Part shown: one piece after another, positions 1 to 10,620 of the stretch
How positions within the stretch are numbered: position 1 is the first letter of the stretch
How the letters are laid out: every line of letters starts with the position of its first letter
Assembly (NCBI GenBank): GCA_963817915.1
Contig: CAWFQL010000011.1
Coordinates: forward strand, 64,001-128,000
Direction of reading: 5' to 3'
DNA: 64,000 bases
DNA from: an uncultured candidate division Zixibacteria bacterium
Lineage (GTDB): Bacteria > Zixibacteria > MSB-5A5 > UBA10806
The notes under the pieces: model-generated
What the model was told of the DNA's origin: nothing
The model's input: the letters and a program-made list of their open reading frames with translations, nothing else
Database searches by the model: none
Made by a program: the position numbers and the translations under genes

Positions 1-379
1 CTGTCTGAATAAAGCCGATCGTGACGGTTCCAACAGGGTAATATCAGAACTCAACATGATACTTGATATAAAGAGAAATAAAGGGCAAAGAGAATTGCCT
101 GTAATCGCAACTCAGGCCGTAAATAATATCGGTATAGATCAATTGCTGGAAAAAATCGATTCCGAATGCGCCGCTATCAAGACCGGCGACAATTTCAGGA
201 AACATCGCATAAAAAAGATTCGTTACGACCTCATGAAGACATTCGAATATCGTTTTAGAAAAAGGCTCGCGGATGAGTTGTTGGAGCCGAAAGCGATGGA
301 AAGTTATATTGAAAAAATATTCGCCGGAAATAGCAACCCCTACGATCTGGCGCGTGAAATAATAGACAATTTGAAATAA
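1..379 (+). CDS. meaB: MeaB/ArgK-type GTPase chaperone of B12 acyl-CoA mutase, C-terminal part (5' truncated by window edge)
   Basis: Frame from nt 2 reads CLNKADRDG (G4 NKxD motif)...PVIATQA...GIDQL...NPYDLA; directly upstream of the mutase gene. Confidence 0.75.
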   Translation, partial: CLNKADRDGSNRVISELNMILDIKRNKGQRELPVIATQAVNNIGIDQLLEKIDSECAAIKTGDNFRKHRIKKIRYDLMKTFEYRFRKRLADELLEPKAMESYIEKIFAGNSNPYDLAREIIDNLK

Positions 380-387
380 GGAGTAAT

Positions 388-2060
388 ATGGATAAATCTA
401 CCAAAAAGAAATCGAAGGAATCATCCAAGGCCAAATGGCTTGAGGAATTCAAGGAATCGAAACCGGAAAAAGACGCGAAATTCATGACGGTCTCGTCGAG
501 GCCGATCAAACCACTATATACGCCTGATGATATTGCTGACTTAGATTATGACTCTCAGATCGGGTATCCGGGACAGGCTCCTTATACCCGCGGCGTGCAT
601 TCATCGATGTACCGCAAGAAAATGTGGACGATGCGACAATTTTCCGGATTTGGCGCTCCCAAACAAACAAATGAGCGGTATCATTACCTCCTAAAGCAGG
701 GCACTATGGGGCTGTCGGTGGCTTTCGATCTGCCGACTTTGATGGGTTATGATTCCGATTCGGAACGGGCGGTCGGCGAAGTCGGTGTTTGCGGCGTGGC
801 GGTCGATACTCTCAAAGACATGGAGATTATATTCGATGGTATCAAGCTCGACAAGATTTCCACCTCCATGACGATCAACTGCACTTCTACAATTTTGCTG
901 GCAATGTATATTGTTGTTGGCGAAAAGCAGGGAGTGCCATCAAAGCTCTTAACCGGGACTCTGCAGAACGATATCCTAAAAGAATATATCGCTCAAAAGG
1001 AATGGATATATCCGCCGGAACCGTCTATCCGTCTGATAACCGATATGATGTCATTCTGCGCCCAGCATGTGCCCAAATGGAATACGATATCAATTTCAGG
1101 TTATCATATACGGGAAGCGGGGGCGACCGCGGCACAGGAGCTGGCGTTCACGCTGGCTGATGGTTTTGCCTATGTCGAAGCGGCCATCAAGGCCGGAATG
1201 GATGTCGATGTCTTCGCGCCAAGATTGTCATTCTTCTTCAATTCGCATCTCGACTTCTTCGAAGAAATCGCCAAATACCGCGCGGCCCGAAGAATCTGGG
1301 CTCGTCATATGAAAGAGCGATATCACGCCAAAGATCCTCATTCGTGGCTTCTGAGATTCCATACTCAGACCGCCGGATGCTCATTAACAGCCCAACAACC
1401 TGAAAACAATATTGTCCGAACCGCATTTCAAGGACTGGCAGGAGTCTTAGGTGGAACTCAATCACTGCATACTAATTCGATGGATGAAACCTACGCGTTG
1501 CCATCCGAGAAGGCAGTCAAAATCGCCCTTCGTACACAGCAATTAATCGCCCATGAAACCGGTGTAGCTAATACGATCGATCCATTGGCCGGATCGTATT
1601 TTGTCGAATCATTGACCAACGATCTCGAAAAAGAAGCCGAAGAATATTTCGCCGAAATCGAAAAACGGGGCGGAGTCCTTAAATGTATCGATCAGGGATA
1701 TTTCCAGAGGGAAATAGCCGAAGCCGCTTATCGTTTCCAAAAGGAAATTGAAAAGAAAGAACGGATAATTGTCGGCATTAACGAGTTTATCGAAGACGAC
1801 GAAAATGTCGAAATTCCGATTTTGAAAATCGATAAGCAAGTCGAACTCGATCAGATTGCGGCCATGAAAAAGGTAAAATCGACCCGCGACAATGATCGTG
1901 TCAAAACATGTCTGGCCGAATCTTGAAAAATGCTGCTCAAAAGGGCGAAAATCATATGCCGCCGCTTCTTGATTGTATCCGATGCTATACCTCCGAAGAA
2001 GAGATAACCAAGGTGCTTACTGAAGTCTTCGGAATCTATACTGAGCCGCCATTGATCTAA
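388..2060 (+). CDS. icmA: B12-dependent acyl-CoA mutase, large (substrate-binding) subunit, isobutyryl-CoA mutase-like; frameshift near 1920
   Basis: [49 protein letters not shown] motifs; after 1920 another frame gives the expected C-terminus [39 protein letters not shown], stop at 2058-2060; AAGGAG RBS. Confidence 0.8.
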
Positions 2061-2115
2061 ACCCTTCGGAGCTATTCGGTCGTGCAATTTTGAGATCAGG
2101 CGACTCATTTACGGG

Positions 2116-2159
2116 GCGCCAGGTCAAGGCCGGCTGAAGCCGGCCATCCGACCTGGCGC
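2116..2159. repeat. GC-rich nested inverted repeat (REP-like hairpin or terminator)
   Basis: GCGCCAGGTC...GGCCGGCT-GA-AGCCGGCC...GACCTGGCGC. Confidence 0.6.
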
Positions 2160-2183
2160 AATCTGTTTCAAGCAACTCAGCAC

Positions 2184-2212
2184 TTGACTATTAGACCTAA
2201 ATTTCTTATAAT
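2184..2212 (+). promoter_or_regulatory. sigma70-type promoter, probably giving a leaderless mRNA
   Basis: TTGACT-N17-TATAAT, only 6 nt before the ATG at 2219; no SD sequence. Confidence 0.65.
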
Positions 2213-2218
2213 TTCACT

Positions 2219-2638
2219 ATGAGATATCTAACTTTGGCTTTTGGGCTGATGATATTGATTTCATTGTCATGCTCATCGGAAAAGAAGGTCAATGGGCCAT
2301 TAATTCAATATCAGGGCAAGATATCGATAACCAACGAATCCTACATACGAGTATACCTTGTCGATTATAAGCAAACTCGCGGCGAAATTCAGCACAGCGA
2401 GCATTTGAATTACTTGCTTTTCCCGGGTGCCAGATTTAATCTTCCCAATAGGTTGGATCCGGAAAACGGCGACATATTTCCTGCCGGCGATAATATAGAT
2501 GTCCGCTACGTGTCGGCCGAGACAATGCCCGGCGATCCCTCGACACCTCTATTTGATTATACCGTAAGTCTTTCTGTCAATGGCAATTCCGTGGTTCATA
2601 TTAAAGGCGGCGGAGATTTCGGGATTAGCCCCGAATGA
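2219..2638 (+). CDS. Hypothetical lipoprotein
   Basis: 139-aa ORF with hydrophobic signal peptide and lipobox-like SLSC. Confidence 0.7.
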   Translation: MRYLTLAFGLMILISLSCSSEKKVNGPLIQYQGKISITNESYIRVYLVDYKQTRGEIQHSEHLNYLLFPGARFNLPNRLDPENGDIFPAGDNIDVRYVSAETMPGDPSTPLFDYTVSLSVNGNSVVHIKGGGDFGISPE

Positions 2639-2771
2639 TCGATGAAAATTCGGCCTCTATTTAATCAATACATTTTTATATACTGCTATTGCGAAAAAGA
2701 AAGATAGTTATTATATTCACCCGTCTGTTGACGCTTGGATAATCGCGATTTTACTTTCGGAGAGGATGATT

Positions 2772-3192
2772 ATGGAGCGAAAATATCGAATTTTACTTGC
2801 CAAGCCGGGTCTTGATGGACATGATCGTGGTGTCAAGGTTATCGCGGCGGCTCTGCGTGATGCCGGTTTCGAGGTAATCTATACAGGCCTTGAGGCAGAC
2901 CCCTGAACAGATAGTCACGGCGGCGATTCAGGAAGATGTCGATGCCATCGGAATGTCGATTCTTTCCGGAGCTCATATGACTCTTTTCCCAATGGTCCTT
3001 GAAAGTCTGAAAAACCAGGGCGCTGATCATATACTGCTTTTTGGCGGTGGAATTATCGCGAAAAGCGAATCGGATGAACTAAAGCAAATGGGTATAGGGG
3101 AGCTTTTTACTCCGGGCGCGTCAACCGACGATATTGTCAAATACCTGAATCAGACACTACCAGGTTACAAAAAAGAAGAAAAAATAATCTAA
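2772..3192 (+). CDS. icmB: Cobalamin-binding small subunit of acyl-CoA mutase; frameshift near 2890
   Basis: [40 protein letters not shown] (DxHxxG motif) joins ORF 2890-3192 RQTPEQIV...SILSGAH...GGGII; GGAGAGG RBS. Confidence 0.85.
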
Positions 3193-3220
3193 TAGAATAA
3201 ATTATACCAAGTGAGGGATT

Positions 3221-4399
3221 ATGTTTCGTTATAACGTAGACGATCGTCAGCAGCCTATTCGAGAAAAGGTTGCCAGTTTCGCAAAGAAGTTCATTGAGCC
3301 AGTATCCAAAAATCTCGATCATAGAGACGATCCGGATCGTTTCGCGCTCGATCTCTATAAGAGCCTCGGTAAAGAAGGTTTCATGGCCATGAGAATGCCC
3401 AAAGCGTATGGCGGCGGCGGAGTCTCGGCAATCGAATATACCACACTGATCGAAGAATTATGTTACCATGATCCCGCGATTTGCCTTCTCGATGCAGTTT
3501 GCGAATTGGCCACATATCCGATTTACACATTCGGCAATGAAGAGCAGAAGAAAAAATATGTGCCCAAATGCGCCAGCGGCGAATTGATTCCATCATTCGT
3601 ATTAACCGAACCTGATGCCGGTTCCGACGCGGTTAATCAGAAAACTACTGTCACTCCCGATGGCAATGATTTCGTCGTTAACGGCGAAAAGATATTCATC
3701 ATGCATGGCGATGTCGCCGATATTTTCGTGCTCTTTGCCAAGTTCGCGGGCGGCGGCGATGACGATAAGGCCTCGCGAAAGATCTCAGCATTTATTATTG
3801 AGGCTCGCCAAAATGGCAAACTCATCCCCGGAATCAAAGTTGCCACATTGAAGAAAAAGATGGGCATGAGAGCCGCGACCACCGGCCGCATCTGGTTCGA
3901 TAATGTACGCATCCCGCAATCGAGTTTGCTGAATGAAATCGGCAAGGGATTCAAAATCGCTATGAATACTCTCGACGGCGCGCGTGTTGGTGTGGCCGCC
4001 CAGGGATTGGGAATAGCCGAGAGAGCATTGCAGGAATCGGTTGATTACGCAAAAAAGAGAATCTGTTTCGGTCAGCCGATCGGGAAATTCCAGGCTATCC
4101 AATGGATGATTGCTGATATGGCTACACAGATAGAAGCCGCCCGCATGATGGCCTACAAGGTCTCATTGATGCAGGATAAGGGCGAAAAGCTCTCTATCGA
4201 AGCGGCACAAGCCAAGCTATTTTGCACCGAGACTGCCAAATTCTGTGTCGATCGCGCGATGCAGATCCATGGCGGATACGGCTATATTGGCGAATTCTCC
4301 ATGATCGAAAAGCTTTATCGCGACCAGAGAATTACCGAAATCTACGAGGGAACATCGGAAATCCAACGATTGGTTATCTCGGGAAGCTACTTAAGGTAG
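3221..4399 (+). CDS. Acyl-CoA dehydrogenase (short/branched-chain type)
   Basis: LTEPDAGSD, NGEKIFI, RVGVAAQGLG, FGQPIGKFQAIQ, QIHGGYGY, IYEGTSEIQR motifs. Confidence 0.95.
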   Translation: MFRYNVDDRQQPIREKVASFAKKFIEPVSKNLDHRDDPDRFALDLYKSLGKEGFMAMRMPKAYGGGGVSAIEYTTLIEELCYHDPAICLLDAVCELATYPIYTFGNEEQKKKYVPKCASGELIPSFVLTEPDAGSDAVNQKTTVTPDGNDFVVNGEKIFIMHGDVADIFVLFAKFAGGGDDDKASRKISAFIIEARQNGKLIPGIKVATLKKKMGMRAATTGRIWFDNVRIPQSSLLNEIGKGFKIAMNTLDGARVGVAAQGLGIAERALQESVDYAKKRICFGQPIGKFQAIQWMIADMATQIEAARMMAYKVSLMQDKGEKLSIEAAQAKLFCTETAKFCVDRAMQIHGGYGYIGEFSMIEKLYRDQRITEIYEGTSEIQRLVISGSYLR

Positions 4400-4406
4400 T
4401 ATTGAG

Positions 4407-4430
4407 GGGGCTTGCAAAAGCCCCTTTTTT
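4407..4430 (+). terminator. Intrinsic terminator
   Basis: GGGGCTT-GCAA-AAGCCCC followed by T6. Confidence 0.8.
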
Positions 4431-4508
4431 AATTTCCAAACGGTTCATACTTATTGTATAACCGGCAAAACATGATTTATTGTGGATTTCGACGGGGAAG
4501 GGTTTGAC

Positions 4509-5351
4509 ATGAGATTAGGCGATATCGAACTAAAAACAATTCTGGAAAATTCATTTCATCTTGATGGCGGTTCCATGTTCGGGGTTATACCGAAAATCAT
4601 CTGGAATAAGATGGCCCCATCAGACGAAAACAATCTCATCAGGCTCGATATTAATCCGTTGCTTATAATCTCTGGCAAAGAAAAAATCATAGTCGATACC
4701 GGATTCGGCGATGTGCTCAACGAGCGGCAGAAAAAAATATACTCGGTAAACAGCCCGACACGCTGGGACGAGGAACTTGCAAAAAACAATATAAAGCCTG
4801 AAGATATTACAGCAGTGATTCTAACTCATGCCCATGCCGACCACGCCATGGGTGCGTTACGAATCGGCAAAGATGGCAGGCCGGAGCTCCGTTTCCCCAA
4901 CGCTAAAATATATATTCAAAAGCGCGAATGGCAGGACGCCATGAATCCCAATGAACGCACTGCCGCGACCTATCTCGTGGATAATCTTAGAGTAATAGCG
5001 GATTCGGGCAAGCTCGAGTTGCTTGATGGCGACGGCGATCTATTCCCCGGCATTTCGGTGAAAGTCATCGGCGGGCATACTCCCGGCATGCAAGCGATAA
5101 TGATTGATGGCGGCGGACAGCGAGTGATATATCCTGCCGATCTCATGCCATCATCTGCGCATATTCGCGTACCCTATGTCGCTGCCGTTGATCTCGAACC
5201 TGCTGTAACGATGGAGAAAAAACGTTGGCTGCACGAACGGATGCTCAAAGACGACTGGATAATAGCATTCGATCATGATATTAATATCAAGTTCGCCAAA
5301 TTCAAATCCGGTGAAATGGGTAAAGTCGAGGCGGTCAAAATAAGCATTTAG
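4509..5351 (+). CDS. MBL-fold metallo-hydrolase (YtnP-like)
   Basis: LDGGSMFGVIPK, VDTG, THAHADH, GHTPG motifs; ATG at 4509 preferred over the GTG at 4482. Confidence 0.9.
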   Translation: MRLGDIELKTILENSFHLDGGSMFGVIPKIIWNKMAPSDENNLIRLDINPLLIISGKEKIIVDTGFGDVLNERQKKIYSVNSPTRWDEELAKNNIKPEDITAVILTHAHADHAMGALRIGKDGRPELRFPNAKIYIQKREWQDAMNPNERTAATYLVDNLRVIADSGKLELLDGDGDLFPGISVKVIGGHTPGMQAIMIDGGGQRVIYPADLMPSSAHIRVPYVAAVDLEPAVTMEKKRWLHERMLKDDWIIAFDHDINIKFAKFKSGEMGKVEAVKISI

Positions 5352-5390
5352 GTTATGCCAATTATGAATAGGGAATAGAGGATATCGAAT

Positions 5391-6941
5391 ATGAATCTTG
5401 ATGAAAAATTAAAACGACTCCAGGAAATGCGCCATCTTGCCAAGCTCGGCGGCGGCCAAAAACGAATTGATAGCCAACATAAAAAAGGCAAGCTCACCGC
5501 CCGTGAGCGAGTAGACCTTCTTTTGGATGACGGGTCATTCGAGGAGTTCGATATGTTCGTCACGCATCGCACCAAGGAGTTCGGGCTCGAGAAAGAGAAA
5601 TATCTGGGCGATGGGGTAATAACCGGCTACGGCACAATCGATGGCAGATTGGTTTTTGTTTTTTCGCAGGATTTCACCGTATTCGGGGGCACACTCTCGG
5701 AAGCATTCGCCGAAAAGATATGCAAGATTATGGATATGGCTATGAAAGTCGGCGCGCCGGTTATCGGTCTCAATGATTCAGGTGGAGCGAGAATCCAGGA
5801 AGGTGTAGTGTCATTAGGCGGATACGCGGATATCTTTTTGCGCAATACGTTGGCGTCGGGAGTAGTCCCTCAAATATCAGTCATTATGGGCCCATGCGCG
5901 GGTGGCGCGGTCTATTCGCCTGCTATTACCGATTTCACATTCATGGTGAAAAATACATCGTTTATGTTCGTGACAGGCCCTAATGTTGTCAAGACTGTTA
6001 CGCATGAAGAAGTATCATTCGAGGAATTGGGCGGCGCGGATACTCATTCGAGCAAATCCGGCGTCAGCCATTTCGCATGTGATAATGAAGCCGATGCCCT
6101 CTTGAAAGTCCGCAAACTCATGAGCTTTCTGCCATCCAATAATATGGACGATCCTCCGGAATTAGAATCTACCGACCCGGTCGACCGTGCCGATGAAGCC
6201 CTGAATTCCATTGTGCCGGATAATCCCAATAAGCCCTACGATATTAAAGATGTTATCAATAAGGTAGTCGATAACGGCGATTTCTTCGAGGTTCATTCCG
6301 ATTACGCGCTGAATATCGTTGTGGGTTTCGCGCGGATGGGTGGCAAGCCGATCGGCATTATCGCCAATCAGCCTGCGCATCTGGCGGGCGTGCTAGATAT
6401 TGATAGCTCTATCAAGGGCGCGAGATTTATTCGTTTCTGCGACTGCTTCAATATCCCGTTGGTGACATTCGAGGATGTGCCCGGATTCTTGCCGGGAGTG
6501 GCGCAGGAGCATGGCGGCATAATCAAGCATGGGGCGAAATTACTGTTCGCATATTCCGAAGCAACTGTCCCGAAGATTACCGTAATTACACGCAAGGCAT
6601 ACGGCGGGGCGTACGATGTCATGTCATCCAAGCATATCCGTGGCGATATCAACTACGCCTGGCCCAACGCTGAAATCGCGGTTATGGGGCCAAAGGGCGC
6701 GGCAGAGATAATATTCAAAAAGGAAATTGCCGATTCCAAAAATCCGGAAGAATTGCTCAAGCAGAAGGAAGAAGAGTATCGTCAGCTTTTCGCGTCGCCT
6801 TTTATCGCCGCCGAACGGGGCTATATCGATGACGTTATCGAGCCCAAGGACACCAGGCCCCGTCTGATTCGTACCCTTCGCATGCTCGAAACCAAGCGCG
6901 ATCAAAATCCGCCCAAAAAGCACGGCAATATCCCATTGTAG
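5391..6941 (+). CDS. pccB: Acyl-CoA carboxylase carboxyltransferase subunit (propionyl-CoA carboxylase beta / methylmalonyl-CoA decarboxylase alpha type)
   Basis: [61 protein letters not shown]. Confidence 0.9.
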   Translation: MNLDEKLKRLQEMRHLAKLGGGQKRIDSQHKKGKLTARERVDLLLDDGSFEEFDMFVTHRTKEFGLEKEKYLGDGVITGYGTIDGRLVFVFSQDFTVFGGTLSEAFAEKICKIMDMAMKVGAPVIGLNDSGGARIQEGVVSLGGYADIFLRNTLASGVVPQISVIMGPCAGGAVYSPAITDFTFMVKNTSFMFVTGPNVVKTVTHEEVSFEELGGADTHSSKSGVSHFACDNEADALLKVRKLMSFLPSNNMDDPPELESTDPVDRADEALNSIVPDNPNKPYDIKDVINKVVDNGDFFEVHSDYALNIVVGFARMGGKPIGIIANQPAHLAGVLDIDSSIKGARFIRFCDCFNIPLVTFEDVPGFLPGVAQEHGGIIKHGAKLLFAYSEATVPKITVITRKAYGGAYDVMSSKHIRGDINYAWPNAEIAVMGPKGAAEIIFKKEIADSKNPEELLKQKEEEYRQLFASPFIAAERGYIDDVIEPKDTRPRLIRTLRMLETKRDQNPPKKHGNIPL

Positions 6942-6997
6942 CATATATTCCCCGTGCTATCGGTTTGCCTGACCCGAAAGAATTCCCCGACATCACC

Positions 6998-7275
6998 GTA
7001 GGGTTTTGATTTATCAAACCCCAAACCTGTCTTTGCGAGGAGACCGGCGGCTGCCGGTCGACGAAGCAATCTGATGGATGATATTTATTGCGTGTCAAAA
7101 GAGCCCGGAATTTCCGTAGGGGTTTGATTTATCAAACCCGTCACCTAAAAATCGCGGATCCCCCCGTAGGGGCGTTTGAAAAAACGCCCATGACATGATG
7201 GGCGTTCAGTTGAACGCCCCTACAATAGATAATGCTATCAGATCACCCCGTAGGGGCCGACCCGCCCGTCGTCCC
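6998..7275. repeat. Cluster of REP-like palindromes (GTAG-tagged and TGTC-tagged)
   Basis: GTAG+hairpin at 6998, 7116, 7166 (inverted partner 7200-7223 ending CTAC) and 7250; TGTC-type element at 7028-7072. Confidence 0.85.
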
Positions 7276-8537
7276 GAACCCGGCGGATCGCAGTAGCAAA
7301 CCGTAGGGCGGAACCCCCGTGGTTCCGCCGATCCATAGGAAAAAATTAATAAAAAGAGTCCGAACCGCAGGGGTTCGGACCTACTCCTGTCTTAATAGGC
7401 GGTCTTTTCCAAGGCCGCAACCTGATCGCATCTTACGTAGAGACGCAAAATCTTGCGTCTCTACACCGGCAATCGATGATATTATTCCTGTAGCGAGCAG
7501 TAGGGCACGAGTCGAAGACTCCTGCCGATCACGAAGCAATGGCAGGAGTGTACCACTCCTGCCCTACGCGAATTATCCCTATGGGTCGGCCCGAACACGC
7601 CTGATCGCAGTAGCAAACCGTAGGGCGGAACCCCCGTGGTTCCGCCAATTGTATTGTGAAAATAATAGAAAAGAGTCCGAACCGCAGGGGTTCGGACCTA
7701 CTCCTGTCTTAATAGGCGGCCTTTTCCAAGGCCGCAACCCGATCGCATTCTTACGTAGAGACGCAAAATTTTGCGTCTCTACACCGGCAATCGATGATAT
7801 TATTCCTGTAGAGAGCAGTAGGGCAGGAGTCGAAGACTCCTGCCGATCACGAAGCAATGGCAGGAGTGTACCACTCCTGCCCTACGCGAAATATCCCTAT
7901 GGGTCGTCCCGAACCCGGCGGATCGCAGTAGCAAACCGTAGGGCGGAACCCCCGTGGTTCCGCCAATTTGTATTGTGAAAATAATAGAAAAGAGTCCGAA
8001 CCGCAGGGGTTCGGACCTACTCCTGTCTTAATAGACGGCCTTTTCCAAGGCCGCAACCTGATCGCATCTTCCGTAGAGACGCAAAATCTTGCGTCTCTAC
8101 ACCGGCAATTGATGATATTATTCCTGTAGAGAGCAGTAGGGCAGGAGTCGAAGACTCCTGCCGATCACGAAGCAATGGCAGGAGTGTACCACTCCTGCCC
8201 TACGCGAAATATCCCTATGGGTCGTCCCGAACACGGCGGATCGCAGTAGCAAACCGTAGGGCGGAACCCCCGTGGTTCCGCCAATTTGTATTGTGAAAAT
8301 AATAGAAAAAGAGTCCGAACCGCAGGGGTTCGGACCTACTCCTGTCTTAATAGGCGGCCTTTTCCAAGGCCGCAACCTGATCGCATTTCTTCCGTAGAGA
8401 CGCAAAATCTTGCGTCTCTACACCGGCAATCGATGATATTAATCCTGTAGAGAGCAGTAGGGCAGGAGTCGAAGACTCCTGCCGATCACGAAGCAATGGC
8501 AGGAGTGTACCACTCCTGCCCTACGCGAATTATCCCC
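7268..8537. repeat. Tandem array of four ~318-bp composite units built from REP-like palindromes (BIME/REPIN-like)
   Basis: GATCGCAGTAGCAAACCGTAGGGCGGAACC recurs at 7286, 7603, 7921 and 8239 (periods 317, 318, 318). Confidence 0.95.
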
Positions 8538-8655
8538 CCCGCGCGCTCCGGCCACTTCATGACAGCAGGCAAGATGAAATAGGCAAAAAATTATTTTTAG
8601 AGAGGAAATATGTTAAAATTCTAGGTCTCCGGTATAAATGGATGGAGAATAAAAG

Positions 8656-9364
8656 CTATGAAGTAAGCTTTAAGCCGATTATTAGTTTTTTTTCCCAATT
8701 TTTTAGTATGGTCTTTTGGAGGCCAATCGGAAATTGAGTAAACGCATCTTGATATAGAGAAGCAAGAAATTTGGCTATTGCCTCATCCGTTTCCCTGGCA
8801 GATTTAATTATATCCTTTATAGCGTTTGAGTCATATTTAAATTCTTTAAATGTCTCAAAAAGAGATATTTTATAGTGTATATGGCCGTGAATATATGTGG
8901 ACAAACTGCCATATAGACGGCTGCTTTCAGACCATATGCCGATTCTTGGACTTTGATATTATTTTCCCAAGAATGAATCTTGTGAAAATCGTGCACATGG
9001 TCCTTGCTTAACCAATAATTTGGGTTTCTTAAACTTGTTTTAAACTCAACCGGATGAGATTGAAGAAAGACCAAGCCAAAACCTCATCAAGCAATATCCT
9101 CATAGCTACAAAACTTTGCCTATAAAAATTTAGCGGCACTATTGCGAGGATAGTCATAATCTGATTCCATGCACCAACTAAATGCACATTTGCCTTGTTA
9201 TCGTAATACACTTCAATCAAACCCTGACACCAAGCGCTTGTCTTTATAAAAGATTCACTCAATTCCTCGCCTTCGGAGCTTTCCGCAAATTTTTGGGCAC
9301 TTTGAGGATTACAAGAAAGAAGCTGAAGCGCTTGCGTATAGCTACTGCTGTTTTTCTTCGGCAT
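8656..9364 (-). CDS. Hypothetical protein with HEPN-like features (DUF5677/Cthe_2314-like), split by two frameshifts
   Basis: ORFs 9029-9364, 8817-9074 and 8656-8904 join (shifts near 9063 and 8945) to give YRQSFVAMRILLD...SHPVEF...RLYGSLSTYIHG; AT-rich. Confidence 0.5.
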
Positions 9365-9856
9365 CTTGGCGCTTGTTTAGTTGTTTTAGCATTTCTCGAA
9401 GCCACGGGTCGTCGCCCGATTTATTTCTAAGGGATGGATCAAAATTCAATAAGACTGTTATTAGCCTATCAAAATATGGTTTATCTTCCAGTCGCATCAA
9501 ATATTGTTCTACGCTTTGTCTTTTTACCGGAACATCATCATTAAACTGTATAATAACAATATTATGAATATCAGGAGCAGCTATCTTTTTTATTTTTAAA
9601 TACCTAAGTAGAGCTCGAAGCCTAGCTCGGCTCGCTCGGCGCTAAATTTTGGTTTTTTGTGTGATGCAGGTATAAAAGTAATATCGGCACTGTATTCCGT
9701 ATCCTTGCCAAGAAAACCTTCTAGTGAATTCAGTATTTCCTGACGATATTCGGCGTTTCCAATTATCTTAATTGCTTCTCTCAGTTCGTCTTTTGTCGGG
9801 CAGGCCGAAATAATTGCCCTAACGATGTAATATATTTGTTCCTCTTTTCTAATCAT
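9342..9856 (-). CDS. Hypothetical protein (~170 aa), frameshift at the A-rich run near 9590-9600
   Basis: ORF 9596-9856 with AGAAAGG RBS continues in another frame (IAAPDIHNIVII...DPWLREMLKQLNKRQDAEEKQQ) to a stop at 9342 that overlaps the next start. Confidence 0.55.
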
Positions 9857-9865
9857 TTTACCTTT

Positions 9866-10620
9866 CTATGATAATAATTCGTCGAAGATTGCTAATATTT
9901 CTTGCTTAACTGGGGTTGACCATGGTTGCCGAGACCACTGCATTATCTTTTCCATGACGGACCGTCGACGGAACCGGATTTCTTTATAGGCATACTATAA
10001 TGCAATACGCTCTTTATGCAAAAATCTCCGTATTGAGAATTTGCTCTAATGGCTGTCTCCACAGTTCGGTCGGCGTTAGACCATGGTATCATGTTAAAGA
10101 TTATTCGCATTTTTGGTTGACGGTCACTAAATTTAGCAAGATATAGCAAAAATTCATTCATTAAAACTAATCCGCGCTGACTATATGAATCAGGAACAAC
10201 TGGGGTAACAACCAAATTGGATTTAATTAGTGCGCTCTTTGTCATGAATGACCCAGCGGGATGGCAATCAATAAAGACATAATCGTACTTCTTTTCTGCT
10301 TCATCGAGGAATTTATGAAACCTCTGTTCCATAGGTCGTGTAGATTTTTCTACTTTTCCGAGAACTAAATACATCATGTCTGATGTTCCCGGGATAAGGT
10401 CTACCCCTCCTTTTCCGCCGGACACTTTAAATAATCCTTTGACGACACTTTTTAGTTCTGGAGGTTCCGTATCATTATTAGGAATGATAACTTGGAATGG
10501 ATTGGGTTGGTCCGGTTGCTCAGCTATAACACCGTAAATTGTCTTTCCTGCTTCTTGGAGTGGAAAATAATCTTTTGGTGCTAAAAGATGTTGCGTCAAG
10601 TTGTATTGGGGGTCATAACC
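9866..10620 (-). pseudogene. ParA/Soj-family ATPase lacking a recognisable N-terminal Walker A; C-terminal frameshift
   Basis: DPQYNLTQ, VDLIPG, YDYVFIDCHP, SALIKSNLVVTPVVPDSYSQRG motifs; no KGGVGKT in frame upstream; C-terminus ...QEILAIFDELLS in another frame ends at 9866. Confidence 0.65.

Noticed and set aside
7319..8405. ORFs inside the tandem array (219, 92, 69 and 95 aa)
   Set aside because: They are translations of palindromic repeats, frames differ between units, and no protein motif is recognisable
7268..8537. CRISPR array or other guide-RNA array
   Set aside because: Whole ~318-bp units are repeated with only scattered differences; there are no unique spacers and no cas-like gene nearby
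7268..9364. Type III toxin-antitoxin (RNA-repeat antitoxin plus RNase)
   Set aside because: The repeats lie downstream of the putative RNase gene, are far longer than known antitoxin repeats, and are built from REP-like motifs related to ones elsewhere in the window
9866..10620. Chromosome or plasmid partition locus
   Set aside because: No parB or parS-like site, no Walker A, and the context is an AT-rich cassette
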